DNA of 64,000 bases, from NCBI GenBank assembly GCA_023213395.1, contig CM041465.1:191277741-191341740 (forward strand), read 5' to 3'. Made by a program: the position numbers and the translations under genes. Numbering within the stretch: position 1 is the first letter of the stretch; every line of letters starts with the position of its first letter. The notes under the pieces are model-generated. The model searched no databases. It had not been told where the DNA came from and saw only the letters and a program-made list of their open reading frames with translations. Origin of the DNA: Cycas panzhihuaensis. Taxonomy: Eukaryota > Plantae > Cycadophyta. Positions 1 to 14,700 of the stretch are shown piece by piece.

Positions 1-439
1 CTATTCATTTGTGCATTTGAAAGGCATTCCTTTGTTTTTGCCGTTTCACAATTCAACAGTCAGGAGGCCCCACCTAGCTCTTCATTTGCGAAGTTGTGAG
101 TTGTCTTTAATATAGCAAAACTTAACTTGAACATCTACATAAAACCTTTGTAACTTCTCATTCTGAAGTCTATTTGCAATGTTCCACCACTCGTTGGAAA
201 GCTAAAAACTTGCTCTCTAATTTGGTCGATTCACCTTAAAAAATTTTATGTTAAACAACTACATTCGTGTCCCAAAGAAGTCAAATAAGTCTATAAATTT
301 ATCATCTACCCTTATTTATTCTTCCCCTCTATTCCTCTTCCATTCATATCATGTGCTCCCCCATCTATAATGCCCATCTGAGGAATCTAGTGGCTTTTGT
401 ATTATGCAAGCCACAACAATAAAATTACATGATTGAAGG

Positions 440-3400
440 TGTTAAAGGAAAATGTCCAACACCTTGCAACATAACACAACCCAAACGAACTAACTATTCT
501 AATGAACCAAAACTACTACGTTCTCATACCTAGTGGAGCATGGAATAAGCTTCCACCAAGTTGAAAAATAGATTTAGAAAGAGAATGACCTTCATTGATT
601 AATAGAAGAGAGTTTCTCTCTCTTATACACAACTACTTTACAAAAGAGTCCCATACATGTATGACAAGTGTCATTTTTAAACTGAAGAGGACAGCGATGC
701 TCAACCCCCAGATTATATAAGAGACCCTTAAATACAAGACATAGGATAAAGCATTAATATTCTAACACCCTCCCATAATGTTTTATCCTTTGTTTTTCAT
801 TCCTACTAGATTTCTAAGATGTTGAAATTTATCTTTTGACAATGGTTTTGTGAAGATGTCAGCAACCTGTTGTTCATTGTTGCAGTATTGTAAATGTATT
901 TCTTTATTCTGAACTTTTTCTCTAATAAAATGATGATGGACTTCTATGCGCTTAGTCCTTGCATGGAAAACAAGATTTTTAGTAAGTTTGATAACACTTT
1001 GATTATCGCAAAAGATTGTGGTTGCATTAAAGCAACTCTGTTTTAAATCTCTGAGACATTTTTTTAACCATATTGCTTTATACGTTGCACTAACTACAGC
1101 TTTGTACTCTGCTTCTGTTGATGATAAGACTATTGTTGGTTGTTCTCTACTGCTCCAAGATGTCATAGTTGATCTAAAATTGGAACAATAACCCGTTGTA
1201 GACTTTTGTTCTTGTCGTCTTCCTACCTAGTCAAAGTCATTGAATCCAAACAAGCTTGGATTGTCTTAGTATATTATAGCCGAAGATCCAATATACCTTT
1301 GATCCATATTAAAATTCGTTTGACAACATTCTAGTGAGTGACCTTTGGATTATGCATAAATTAGGAGACGATTCCTACAGAAAAGGATATGTCTAGTCTA
1401 GTTGTTGTCAAGTAAATAAGACTTCTAACTAGTTGTCTAAAGAGTGTCACACTTGATGGTTATCTTCATCAATTGTTAGAACACAACCTGTTGCCATGGG
1501 TGTGGCACAAGGATTGCATTCTTCCATATTGAATCTCTTGAGAAAATTCTTGGCATACTTTGATTGTAGATAAAGATATCATTTGCTACCTGATGAACTT
1601 CTATACCAAGATAGTAATGAAGTGCACCCATATCAGTCATTTCAAAATTATTTTCCATCTACATACGCACCCATTGGATGGTTTCACGATCATCACCTAT
1701 AACAACCAAATCACCCACATACACCACAATTATGGTGATTTAGTATTTTTGTTTCTTAACAAAGACTTGGATCACCTTCACTTCTATTGAATCTTTTCTT
1801 TCGAAGATGATGATCTAGTTTTGTATACTAGACTCGAGGTGCTAGTTTTAAGCCATATAAGAGCTTTTGTAACTTGCAAACCAGATATTCCTCTCCTTCC
1901 TTTTTGTATTCAAGTGATTATTCCATATAGATGACTTCATTGAGATCACCATTTAGAAAGGCACTTTTTACATCAAATTGTACAATTTCCCATCCATATT
2001 ATGCCACCAAAGCCATAATTGTGAGGATGGTTATTAATTTTGCTATTAGAGCAAAACTTTCTTCATAATCAATACCCGCAGTCTAAGTATATCCTTTTCC
2101 AACTAACCTAGCTTTATACATCTCAATGCTACTGTCAAATTTCTCCTTCATCTTGTACAACCAATTGCAACCTATAATGGATTTACCTTTCGGTGGAGGA
2201 ACTAATTCTCAAGTATTGTTTTGATTTATGGAGAATATTTCTTTATCCATGGCTTCTAACCATTCAGTTTTTAGGCAAGCTTCTTCAAAGGTTAGAGGCT
2301 CAACTAAACAAGTCAATGCTTGATGTCTTTAAGACCTAGTTCTCTATTCAAAGATATCTCCTTTTGATTCTTCCACAATTTTTAAATACCACTTGTGTAG
2401 CCTTTTTCTAAAAGTACTTTCCTATCTTTCTATTCCATTTGATGTTTCTGGTTCTTTATGAGATGTTGTCTCTTCATGATCATGAGATATAGATTCTTCC
2501 TCAGTCATATCCTCTTTGTTGGAGGTCTCCACATTTTCGTCTATTATTATGCCTTTTTTAGTACAGCCAAAATCCTTATTGATTGGAGTGCCTTCATCAA
2601 AAGTTACATCTTTTCTTACAGATATTTTGTTAGTTTTTGTATCTATACAACAATAGGCTCTTGATTTATTATTATATCCAATCATGATACATTCAATACT
2701 TTTGTCATCTAATTTAATTCTTTTTTGATTTAGAATGTGCACATAAGCAGTGCTTCCAAAAATTCTTGGATGACTTACATCATGTTTCCTACCTATCCTC
2801 CCCTCTTCTGGAGTAATTTTATCAAGAGCTCTTGTGGAACTTTTGTTTATGAGATCAACAACAATGTTAATTGCTTCAACCCAATATGCATTTGAGACTT
2901 TTTTTTATCTTTTATTATGCATCATGCCATTTCTATTATAGTTTTGTTTAATCTTTCACTTACCCCATTAAACTGTGGGGTACATAGAGCAGTGATTTGT
3001 TTGCTAATACCATGCATTTTACAAAAATTAAAAAACTCATTCAAAACATATTTTCCTCCTCCATCTATCCTAAGTATTTTGATTTTATGCCCACTTTCCA
3101 ATTCAACTTGAGCTTTAAATTCTTTAAAGCAGTCAAGAGCTTCTAATTCTTGAAGATAAAAACACCGGGCTTTTCTCAAGTCATCTATAAATGTATGAAA
3201 GTACATAGCACCATTAATGGAATTTGGTGTAATTGGTCCACATATATTGCTATGGACCAAATCCAATTTTTCTTATGCCCTCCAATTGCATTCTTGAAAA
3301 GATACTCTATGTTATTTGCCCAGCATACATCTTTTGCAAATCTATTGTAATGTTAACATGCAATCCATCAACCTTGGCAAAATTTTTGAGCATTTTTAGC

Positions 3401-4340
3401 CTGTCGTATGCAATATGACCATATAGAGAATGCTAGATTTCATTACTAAAGCTTTGAGTAGCAAAAGTTCTTATTGAAGAGAAAACGGGAGTAGAGATTA
3501 ATTTGAAGAGATTATTAGTCTCTATCCCTTCAACAATGATGTCACCTCCCTTTTTCATGTCATGAACATAACATTTTCTTCTTCATGGAATATGACTCAA
3601 AGCTTTTTTTTTCTTAATTGTGATACAAAAAAAAAAGATTTTTCTTCAATCCCGGGACAAACAAAATATTACTAATCTTTTTTGTGTCTTACTTAACTAA
3701 CAGTTCCTTTCCCTTCAATTTTTAAAGAAAAATAATCAACAAGTTCAATAGTTTTATTTATTGAATATGAATGAAGGGTGTCAAACCAATCATTTCTCCC
3801 AGTCATATGGTTTGAAGCTCCAAAATCAACAAACCAATCTTCATTGTATTAGGTACACAAGATCAAGGCAGCAACCAAAGCAATTTCTTCTTCCTCCTCA
3901 TCTTTAGACTATTACTTATTATCGTTGCCTTATACACGTTTTCCTTCAAAATTTTCGGCTCTTCTATAGAAACTATTGCTTGAAAGGTGTCCAAATCTGC
4001 CACAATATTAACAAGGATGGATTTCTATTCATCTATAGTCTATGGCAAAGTGTCTTGGTCCGCCACAATGATAACATATCCAGGCGTCTGTTGATATTCC
4101 TCTACCAGACCCCAATCTTCCTCTGATGAATCTTCCTCTACCTGCTCTTGCATCTATTGATCTTCCTCTCATGGTTCTTCCTCATTCTCCAATTTTGAGT
4201 CTGGAAAGAAATGCCTCTTCGACTTTTGTTTCTTCCTCATGCCTTTGTATCCTCTACTCTTGCTGGAGAAAATGTCCACATAAGGTGTCAAATGACATAT
4301 TGTCGGCTTGTTGGCTTGTATCCTCTACTCTTGTTTTGTA
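440..4340 (-). mobile_element. Degenerate Ty1/Copia retrotransposon A, 5'-truncated within gag; 3' LTR ~440..767
   Basis: RNase H (EAEYKA, CDNQS, HARTKRIEVHHHFIRE, ADIFTKPL) at 783..1166; RT remnants; integrase (HSNICGP, FIDD, PQFNGVSER); protease WFVDFGASNHMTG at ~3800; LTR TG...CA with PPT (ccctccc at 768..774). Confidence 0.9.
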
Positions 4341-6095
4341 AGAAATTCTTCAACACCTTTTAACAAATTTTGCAAAGTTTATAGGACAAACTACATGTTG
4401 TTATCCATCTTGAGTGGCTTAATCAGCACTGACTATTAGCCCCTTCAATTCCTTCATATAACTTCAGATAGCAATTCCTCTTAAAAGTATTTAATAAATT
4501 GCCAGATGATAGCTCAATTCAAATATCTCTGAACAAGGACTCCAATGGTTTAGACGAAATCGAATTCTAATACCTGTGGAAAAAATTATGGCCCTTCTAA
4601 AGTGGATCAAAATTTAGGATTTTGGAGACTACAACAGTACTTGTTACTAAATTGATGATAACTATTTATCTTGATATTCAATTGAACTGAGACCACTTCC
4701 AACAAAAAATAGACTTCAAGATACACTTACTCAAAAAAACTTTGAGGCCAATTGGATACATGTAACCCTTGTTATGGTCATTTGAAGTTGCAATAGCAAA
4801 TTTTCTGCCTATAAGCAAGTATAAATAGCAAGTTGAGATAGAAACCCTCATAACTTTCGTAATTGTGCTCTAAATCTTGTAATACAACGACTCAAAATTT
4901 ATAGCACAAGTGTGGTCATCTCAAATATGCTACTACTTTTTCCAAATTTGGTCGTTTATGAAAAGTTAAGAATTAGTCTCAGCAACAACCTTGGTTCGAG
5001 TCTCACACAAGCACAGTTAACATTCAATGAAAAGAGACCATGAATTGATCAAGCTCCAATGTAATCTCACTTTCATTAATTACAAAAGATGCAATACAAA
5101 ATCCTTTTTACATACAAAGCCTCGCATATACAACAAAAAAGAATAGTTACAAGAGGTTTGATAAATAATAAACAGATGATCAAACAAGGTGACAGTTGGC
5201 ACCTTGCATTATTAAACCAAATCTACATTATTCTAATGCTGTGAGCAAAAGTGCCCCCACATACATAGGTTCACAACATTAAATTATGACTTAACCCTTT
5301 TATGACAACAATACTCTCAACATAAACTAATTTACAAAACATTAATATATAATACAATTAATCAAACCAAGAATTAATGAATTCAACCTTAATTCTTCCA
5401 TCAATTTACACCCCCAAAATTGTAGATCTTTGATAAAGCCCTAATTGGCCAAAATAGTGTTGTGATACCAATTGTAATAAAGCTTGTGTCGTTTAATGCA
5501 AATTTTCAAAAATAAATCAAAATATCATAATGAAACCATGCCCACAATAGAGTAGCAACATAATATTAGACTTATAATAGAATGGTATTCTAAAATACAA
5601 ATTATCAAATGAAATTCTCAAAATAATAGCGCTTATCGAGGTTAAGGGATCTTCCCAAGGCACCATAGTGCCACAATGCATTTAGGCCATTGTCCCAATA
5701 AGACAAATAATGTTCCAAAGATGATAACAAATGATTAGGGCTCCCTTATTTATAGCCATAGGTTGGGGCCTATTTATTCTCTCTCTAAAAAGTAAACTTC
5801 TTATTCCCTCCCTCAAGGCCATCCTTGCATCTTAAGACCAACTTCACATGCTTATTTAGAGTCGACTACACATTAACCTTGTAACAACATAATAAATGAA
5901 CTAGCAGGCTCCACAACACCTAGTGCGTCACAATTGCACTTTATTGAGAATTTAGAACTAGTCATCTCAGTAATAACAATTCATCATATAATATATTCAA
6001 CCTAAGCAAATGACTATAGATTAGTCTAATTTTCAATTGAGTTAGTGTGATTCTCAACTAAGCTAAGATTTAGTTGAGTTAATTAGGGTCTCACA
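4340..6095 (-). mobile_element. 5' LTR (~5473..6095) with PBS-Met and non-coding leader of a truncated LTR element
   Basis: tgtgatacca (reverse of TGGTATCA) at 5461..5470 abuts tgtaat...ctcaca; TATA-like ggctataaata on the minus strand at ~5750; related LTR in opposite orientation at ~49561. Confidence 0.65.
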
Positions 6096-6399
6096 TTTGA
6101 AAGAGAGTCTTATAAATTACTTTCATTTTATACAAGAAGTTTTTTGATTTTCCAATAAAAAGAACACTCCTCTCCAAGACCATCTTGTTTTATGAAATGC
6201 ATTTCTCTTATTCCTTTGGATTTCTTCATTCTTCTATGCATGATGTTCCAAAGATCTGGTGTCTCTCAACTCTAACACCAAGATAACGAATAATTCCAAA
6301 ATAGAGAGGGAAGACACCAAGCCTTCAATAAATCACAACAAAGGTGACCAAATAGTCATACTCTCTCTCCATATGTTCATCTTCTATTGAGCCCATTCT

Positions 6400-8730
6400 T
6401 AAAGCCTTCCACTATGTTGCCTCCTCTAGAAAGTACAACTGGTATCAAACCCTCAGATTTAGGCCTTTTAAGATTTTTTTTTTTTGGAAGTTTGTTTTCC
6501 ATATGCCTGCTTTTCATTTCCAACATGCCAAGGAACCCTAAAGGACATGCTCCTCCATATAATGAGAAGAGGTCGCATCTGGCATCCTAATTAATGACCT
6601 TGGTTGACTACTAGCCTAAGAGCTTTGAGACCAAAGGATAGTAGATCAAACTTTCCAAGCCAACATGACAAATATTATGATTAGCACGATTCAATAGATG
6701 TTGCCCAACAAGCAACCCCTATTCTTATGGCAGCCCCCTTGCAATCTTCATTCCATCAAGGTACTAAAATAACCACCAAACACTTTGGTGCCACAAACGG
6801 TGTCGAGGCTTTGGATAGTTACCTTCATAGTTTGGAAGCTTACCTCAAATTGCCATAGGAACAATAGATTTCTGTGGTTGAGGTTCACATTGCCGATCAG
6901 GCTCTTATATGGTAGCAAACATACTCAAAATCTCAGGATAACAAAATAACCACAAATCGCATGGTGGATTGCATTCAAATGCATTTCTGATATAGGTTTT
7001 ATCCACTGGGGTACAAGGATAACTTTATAAAGAAATGGTTGTCGCTTCACTAGCAACCTAAAATTACTCCAACATGTGTTTGCTTAAATTCCTCGATGGT
7101 TTATTTCCTATTTGCAAAAAGACTTAAATTTACTTCTGATTACCATACCAAATTGGGCATTTCAATATACCCTGAAAGTGCAAAGCCACATGCAAAAGTG
7201 ATTTACCCTTTGCAATAGCAATATGCTTCTCTTTGTTAAAAGAAGGCAACTTTTTCCAAACATACCATTTTTATCCCACAAGCTACTTCTTTTTCAAAAG
7301 CTATCCCATCAACAAAAGGGAAGGATAAATAGAAGTATTGTAATCATCATATTATTCATGGCCATTCAAATGAAGAATGCCTCAAACAAAAGGGCCAAGT
7401 AAAACCCAAGACTCTGGTAGCAAATCAGGCAATTAAGGCACCAAATAACCACGCTTATTAGTGAGAAACCAAATGACCCCCAATCCACAATTTCTTTTGA
7501 TGGCAAACTATTAATCAACCATATATTAGGAGGCACTCTTCACACAAACTTGCCAAGTGGAAAAACCAGACAATTTTATGCATTATGGATAATGGAAGTA
7601 CGAGGAACCTAGTCTCTAATAAGCTAATTTCTACTCTCAACCTTCCAAAGGAACCACATCATGCTCCCTATAATTTTGGATGGTTAACGAAGGATGGTCC
7701 CCAAATTAAAGTTGACAGAGAATGCCGCATTACATTTGCAATCAACCCATTCATTGACTCTGTCACTTATGATGTCACTCACATGGACTGTTCTAACTTG
7801 TTGCTCAACAAGCCTTATCAACGTGATAGGTATGCTTAATATGACAACTATGAAAACAAGGCCTAACAACATTCTAGCTCCAATCCTCTATCTCATCTCT
7901 AGCATTGTTGACAGGTGTTCAAACTTTAAATCTCACAAGTTCTACCCAACAAGTTCACACTCCTTGTTGTCCAACAAGTAAAGGACAAGCATAGGTCGCA
8001 TGCACTAGAGGCATCTCCTCCTCTAGCATATTTGACTTAGAATTTGGAAATCAATGCAAATATCTTGATAGGGGTTTGCCACCCATTTATGCTATGCAAC
8101 ATAGCATCGACATTGTCCCATGTGAGATTCTTTGACCAACTAACCACTTTGTGAATCATATGTATTGTAGGGTGAAGAGTTAGAGGTAACTTACAAATCT
8201 TATGAACAAAGAGACATTCATCCTAACTCTTTTCCATGCAACTCCCCAGTGCTTCTTGTTCTAAAGGACGAAACCTAGAGACAATACATAGATTTTTAGG
8301 CCTCAAAAAAATCACAATGAAGGACCAATACCCATTGCCACACATAGATGCCCTATTAGACCAGTTGTAAGGTATGTGCTTCTTCATTAGGATTGATCTA
8401 ACCTCAAGTTACCATCAACTGTGAGTGGAATCTACCAACATTTGAAAGACTACATTCAAGGCCAAATTTAGTTTGTATGGGTGGCTCATCATATTTTATA
8501 ACTTAATAAATGCCCCAACCACATTCATGTGGCTCGTGCATGGCTTCCTTTGCCCATAGTTGGATCAACTTTATTATCATTTACCTAAATGACATCCATG
8601 TTTACAACAGGACCTAGACCAAGTATTTCCACCATTTATAAGAGGTTAGAGACAATCTTTGCCACCACCAGTTAAACATTCAAAAAAGTAAGTGTTTTTT
8701 GATCAAACCTTATTTATTTGGGATTCATTG
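6400..8730 (+). pseudogene. Degenerate Ty3/Gypsy gag-protease-RT remnant
   Basis: Protease-like IMDNGSTRNLVS (ORF 7585..7839); RT motifs DQYPLPHIDALLDQL, IDLTSSYHQL and YLNDIHV at ~8320..8600; many stops and frameshifts. Confidence 0.85.
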
Positions 8731-9519
8731 TTGATGCACAAGAAACTCATGCCTAAAAGGGCAGATTGGATCTAGTGTCACATCACAAACACTACAACAT
8801 TGGCAAATGGAATGGAAACAAGAAGAAATGAGAACAACAATTGAAGAGCCAAAAAGAGAGCTCAAGTATGAGAGGAGAACAATAATTCCTCTCCATTGGA
8901 TCTCATCTTTTATAATTGTGTGCATTAGGGTTAAGATTTTCCTGCCTAATGACATTCATATCAAATTACAATGAAATCACATCTAAATGCACCTTTCACT
9001 TAAGTTACTTTATGTAAAGTAAAGTTATTTTATCTAAATAATCTATCTAAATGACCTTGTAATATTAATCTCTTTCATCCCCCCCCCCCATGGTGGAAGG
9101 TCATTTTGATCTACACTAATCTCTATTATATAAAATCTTCATTTGACCCTCTTATTACATTGAAAACTATTGGACACTTTTGTGGGAAAACCCTCATGGG
9201 AAAGAAAAACCCACGCACTTTCTATTCTAATGACCCTAGTTCAGGTGACACTTTGAATGCAGCCAGATAACCAATTAGATCAATTGAATTGTGCATCTTC
9301 AATATGCTAAGTCTCCATATACCGTTTGGTCATCCCCCATGCCCTTTCGAGTTTTTGCATGTTTCGATTTTCCAAAACTGGTACAACCCTTATCCTTCCA
9401 CGCCCTCGAGGGGTTTTCAAGAATGGGATGGAGCAAAGGCTTACTCTTGTCCTTCCGTGCCCACAAGGGATATTCACAAAAGGGACAAAGTATGTTGTTT
9501 TTGTGTCTCCTCCTAAAGT

Positions 9520-11995
9520 CATGAGGAGATGAAGGCCCTAAGGCCGAGCTACTTTTGAAATTGTTCAAACTTCACCCTCTGCAACGATTTGGTGAAGATG
9601 TCATCAATTTGATCTGTCGTTGGACAGTGTTCCAGTTGTATTGTGTTGTTGTGAACTAGTTCCCTAATCCTGTGGACTTTTGTACTTATGTGTTTGGTAC
9701 GATCATGAAATACAAGATTCTTGACCATGTGTATTGCAGACTAATTATCCACGCGTAAGTTGGTATGACCTGTACGGGTGATATTCAATGTGTTCAACAA
9801 TTTTCGAAGCCATATCACTTCTTTGCTAGTCTTAGAAATAGCAATATATTCAGCTTTAGTGGTTGAGTCTACAACTATCTGCTGTCGTCTCGATCGCCAT
9901 GAAATTAGAGTTGTTCCAAGAAATGTTATGTACCCGGATGTGGATCTCCCTCTGTCTTTGTCTACGACAAAGTCTAAGTCTGTGTATGCAAGAAGTTTGA
10001 ACTCTACATTTGGTTCATACAATAAGCCATATTTGTTGGTCATCTTCAGGTACTTCAACACTCGTATTGTTGCTTACCAATGGTTCTACTTTGGAGTTGT
10101 CATGTATTGTTGCATCTGCCTCTCAAGTGTCACCATAAATTGTAAGTTTGGCATTTGGTTCTATTGATGTTGCCATTGTTCAAGCATCTTCCAACTAAAA
10201 CTTTGTCAGAAGATCGTTGATGTACTTCACTTGGGAGAGAGATTTTACCATTCCTTTGAGTCACTTCAATTCCCAAGTATTATTTCATCAACTCGAGGTC
10301 AGACAACTCGAACATTATAGCAATGTCCTTTTTCAACTTAATGATGTCATATTCACTATTACCCACTATCAGCATGTCGTCCACGAAGATTAAGAGGCAT
10401 GTGACTTTGTCTTTATGGCTCTTGATGAACAAAGTTGCATCAATGTCTTGGTAGTCACATACTTTGTATCCAAATTGCCTCATTCTGTTAAACAACTTAT
10501 GCTCTTGGCTGACAATCTCAAAGCCTGTTGGTTGTGCCATGTAAATTTCTTCTTCAAGGCCACTATTGAGAAATGTGATCTTTACATCAAATTGGTGAAT
10601 TTTTCAGCCTTGCTGAGCTGCCAGGGCCACAAGAGTTCTACTTGTGGGCCACTTTGTTGTAGGTGCAAAAACCTCAGTGTAATCAATGCCCTTTGCATGA
10701 ATCCATTTGCTACCAGCCTCGCCTTGTGTTTTTCTAAGATGTCGTTTGATCTGTACTTGTTTTTTAACACCCATTTATTTCAAACTACCTTTTTTCAAGT
10801 GGTAGATCAATGAGCTCCCATGTACCATTCTTGATAAGAGGTACTCTTCATTCATGGCATTTCTCCAAGCTGCATGCTTTACAGCTTCTTGGTACATTAA
10901 AGGCTCTTCATTGAGAGCAAGGTGCAGTTCTATTGGTTCAAGCTCAATGGAAAGTGATTCGTGCATCCTTACTCTATGAGCACTTCTAGTGCTAGTTTTG
11001 CCTACCTCATCTAGTTGCATGTCCTTGTGCAGCTAGTAGGCTTCACGAAAACCTCGAGTTAGGAATAAGGTTTTCATTTTTGCAACCTCTTGGTCTTTGT
11101 TTTAACCCTTAAAAGGATCATGTGAAATGTATGCCACAAAGGAAGTTAACGATGCTGGAGAAGATGGGCCAACCATTGATATTCGAGAAGGTGGTCCTTC
11201 TACTATGGCTTTGCCTTTGTCAAACTGGCTATTCTCAAATGATGGTGTTGGATGTGCATATCAGTTGGAAATCACAGCTTGTATCCTCTGAGGCTCTATT
11301 GTCAAATTCCATTATTTTGAGCAATTATTGTGTCTCCCTCCCCAAATTTTAGAATGTGTACATCAAACTCTTTGGCATATTGGTGCAAAGGTGTCCGACA
11401 ATCCAGTGTGAGCAGTTGATCCTCCATCTCCGCAACCACGTCTCTAGTGATGATGATCTTTCGTTGTGAAGGCACAAAGGCCTTGTACCCGTTCTTGTCC
11501 ATAGGGAAGCCAACAAATATGCCTTTTAGAGCATACTCGTTCTTGTCCAAAATATAAGCATAGCATGTAGAGCCAAAAATTTAGAAGTGACAGACAATGG
11601 AGGTCTGTCCAAACCATTTTTCATTTGAAGATGGTTGAGCATTGATGGGGTGATAGTGTTGATGGAATAAACAGTTGTGCATATAGCTTCAGCCCACAAG
11701 TAAGCAGGTACATTCTTGTACACCAACATCGCCTGAACCATATTCATAATTGTTCGATTCATACGGTCGACAACTCCATTCTATTGGGGTGTACCTGCAA
11801 CAATTATGTGATGTTTGATCCTGTGATGGCACAAGTATGTTTCAAACTCATTTGAGGTATACTCGCCACTATTATCTGTCCAAAGGCATTTGATTTTGTA
11901 ATTTAACTCCTTTTCAGTGCGGGCCTTGAATGCTTGGAAGACAAAAAATGTCTCAACTTTCTTTTCTAGAGAAATCACCCATACTTTGATGTTTC
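9520..11995 (-). pseudogene. Degenerate Ty1/Copia B pol (INT-RT-RH)
   Basis: TDNSGEY, KARLVANGF, IFVDDMLI, STSGY..ISWRS..KAEYIA motifs in ORFs 9741..12014. Confidence 0.9.
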
Positions 11996-13051
11996 TCACT
12001 AAACGCTGCTCCAAATACTACAAAATCAAACACTAACTTAGATTTCAAATAGATGAAGGCACTACAAAAAGAACTTTTGAAAAAGGTTGAGAATCGAAAG
12101 AGATATGAGCAATTGGAGTTGCCAAAAAAATGTTTTTGCAAAAACGCCTTCATAAACTGACTTCAATTAGTTTCAAGAAGCTTATTTTAACTCCAAATCT
12201 CATAAAATTTGAAACCCATCTGCAAAACTAGCAAATAAAGATCTCCAAAAATTTATTTTTCAAAAAACATGTAGAATAGAAGAGTTCTAAGTTGCTGAAG
12301 TCAAAAAAAAGGTTTTGCCATTAAAAAAAGAGGAACAATCTCTATTTGTGCTCATTTTTTTACAAATTTGGGTGAATAATAGCTCAAAATAGGGGTTTTA
12401 GACCCTTTTTAGCACGTCAGTAACAGTCTTTTCATTCAATTTTATGTTTTGTGCCCTCCAATGAGCAAAAAATAGTCTAAAAATTTGCCCAAACTAATAA
12501 ATCCCTTTTTGGATGTGCTTAAAACCTACAAAAAATGTGTATAACAGTGTAGTGCAGTACCCAACAATAGCCAACATCAACAAACATGAATTTCCCAACT
12601 CTAATGGGAAAAAAATGGCACAAAAGAACCACAAAAAGTAGTGATCTCTCTATTAGCAACAATGGAAATATGCAGAGAACAATAAGACTTTCACCTATCT
12701 CAAAGCATTTCACAAACATAGAGCAAACCATGGCTCTGATACCATGTTAGAAGGAGAGATTGAGAACAAATGGCTATAAAAAAATAAGCAATACAAGTTC
12801 ATAAGCACAAAGAACGACAAGATAATAAACTTGTATTATTTCACAGCTCACACTCAATCAACTTCACTAATGCAGGAGTGGAGGCAACAAATACAAATAG
12901 AAAACTCCATTTGGCATTACGTAAGCTCATACATATGAGAGCAAAGTCAAAGGCTAACAATAGAAGGTGAGCATTACAATGGATTTGGGAGTAATAATTC
13001 CAGCAGTAATGTCTTCAATAATGATACAATGAATTAACAATATTTCTAACA
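11996..13051 (-). mobile_element. Copia-type 5' LTR (12745..13051) with PBS-Met and leader
   Basis: tgttag...ctaaca termini; ggctctgatacca (TGGTATCAGAGCC on the minus strand) directly adjacent. Confidence 0.8.
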
Positions 13052-14700
13052 AACTTTGAGAATGCTTCTAACGTGTTTTACGCAATATAATGAAGCCTTG
13101 TGTGAGAAGTCATCAATGAAGCTAATGAAGTAGAGTGCTCCACCTAAAGTTTGAGTGGACATCGATCCACAAATATTTGTGTGTACTAGTTATGATAATC
13201 ATTCTTCCTTCCATGCTTTAGCTTTTTGTCTCCATGTTGTTTCCCCATTATGCAAGCTTCATATAGGCATTTACCCATTGATATCTTCGGTAAGCCAAAC
13301 ACCATGTTTCTTTCAACATCAATTTGATGCTCTCTAGGTTCAAATGACCTAGTCTATTATGCCATAGCTTTTCTTTGGTAAGTGACTATGAGATGTAAGC
13401 CAGGGGTTTCATCCAATTTATAAAGTCCATGGCACTCACAACCAACAACAACTACTTGGTCTTTTCTGTCACTAATAATGCATTTCCCATTTTCAAATAG
13501 TGCACTCGTCTATTGTCTTTCAAATTGACTAACAAAGAGGAGATTTCTAGCCACAAATGGTATTAGAAATGCATTGCCAGTGGGAAATGTTTGAACAGGA
13601 TTTTGTGTCATGTTAAAAGAGACAAATTTTCAAACACCCAAAATTTCAACAATGTAATTATTTCCAAATGTTATTGTTTGTCCCTTGCTCTCTTCAATGT
13701 CTACCAACAATTCAACATCACCTGTCATGTGACGAGATGCGCCAAAGTCAACAATCCATATGTTGTGTTGTTGTTGTCGTCATATACACAAAACAATTTA
13801 GCAATTTTATCATATTGATTGTTGTGCGCCTTGATTGCCACCTCTATATGCCCCCCTTTGATTTCCATGACGACCTCCTTGATAAGCACATCGATTTGGT
13901 CTCTGTGGGGGTTGTTGTTGTTGTTATTGTTGCTACTGCTATTGGATATCACATTGTTTCTTTCTACACTCAGGCTATATGTAGCCAACATTGTCACAAT
14001 AATGAAAAACAATAGTTTTGGATTTGGAAGCATTAATATTTAGATTACCAAACATTTTCTGAAAGTTTTGCTCGGGGGCCATAAGCTACTTGCCTTTGTG
14101 CTTTGCAATCAAAGCACCACAAGTTGTCCCTTCATCTTAACGAGAATGGATTTCCTCCTCTCATAAAAAGCTTTCTACTTGGTCGAAAGTCATTGTTTCC
14201 AATGTTCCAGCTCAAGTGATGGATGAGATGAAGCCATTGTACTCCCTTGGAAATGCAGCAATGGTGGCAATCACAAGGTCTTCGTTTGTTGCGGGTTTGT
14301 CTAATGCCATCGACTTATTATTGATTTCTTTTACATTCGATAAGAAGGTCATCATAGGCTCAACAAACTTTATGCTAAACAACTTAGCTTTATACATAAC
14401 AATACGAGCATCATCTCGCCTTTTAAACAAAGATGATAATATATCCCAAGCTTCTTTTGGAATTGACGCATTAGCAATATTTTGATCAACAGTATTATGA
14501 ATTATCATATGCAACAAAGCTAATACAATTTCATCTTTTGCTTTCCAAGAAACGATAGCAACAAGATCTACAAGGATTAAAACATTGGGTTTGTTTGACC
14601 AACACTACGAGACGATATAAGAAACCCTCCACGTACATTTCGCCACAGTTCATTCATGATTAACAAGTTTTTAACTTGTTTTATCTAATCCTAAAAATTT
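13052..14700 (-). pseudogene. Degenerate Ty1/Copia C gag-PR-INT 5' part
   Basis: gag-like KEAWDILSSLF (14212..14517), WIVDFGASRHMTG at ~13740, LVHTNICG..YFISFIDDFS at ~13100..13190. Confidence 0.85.
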
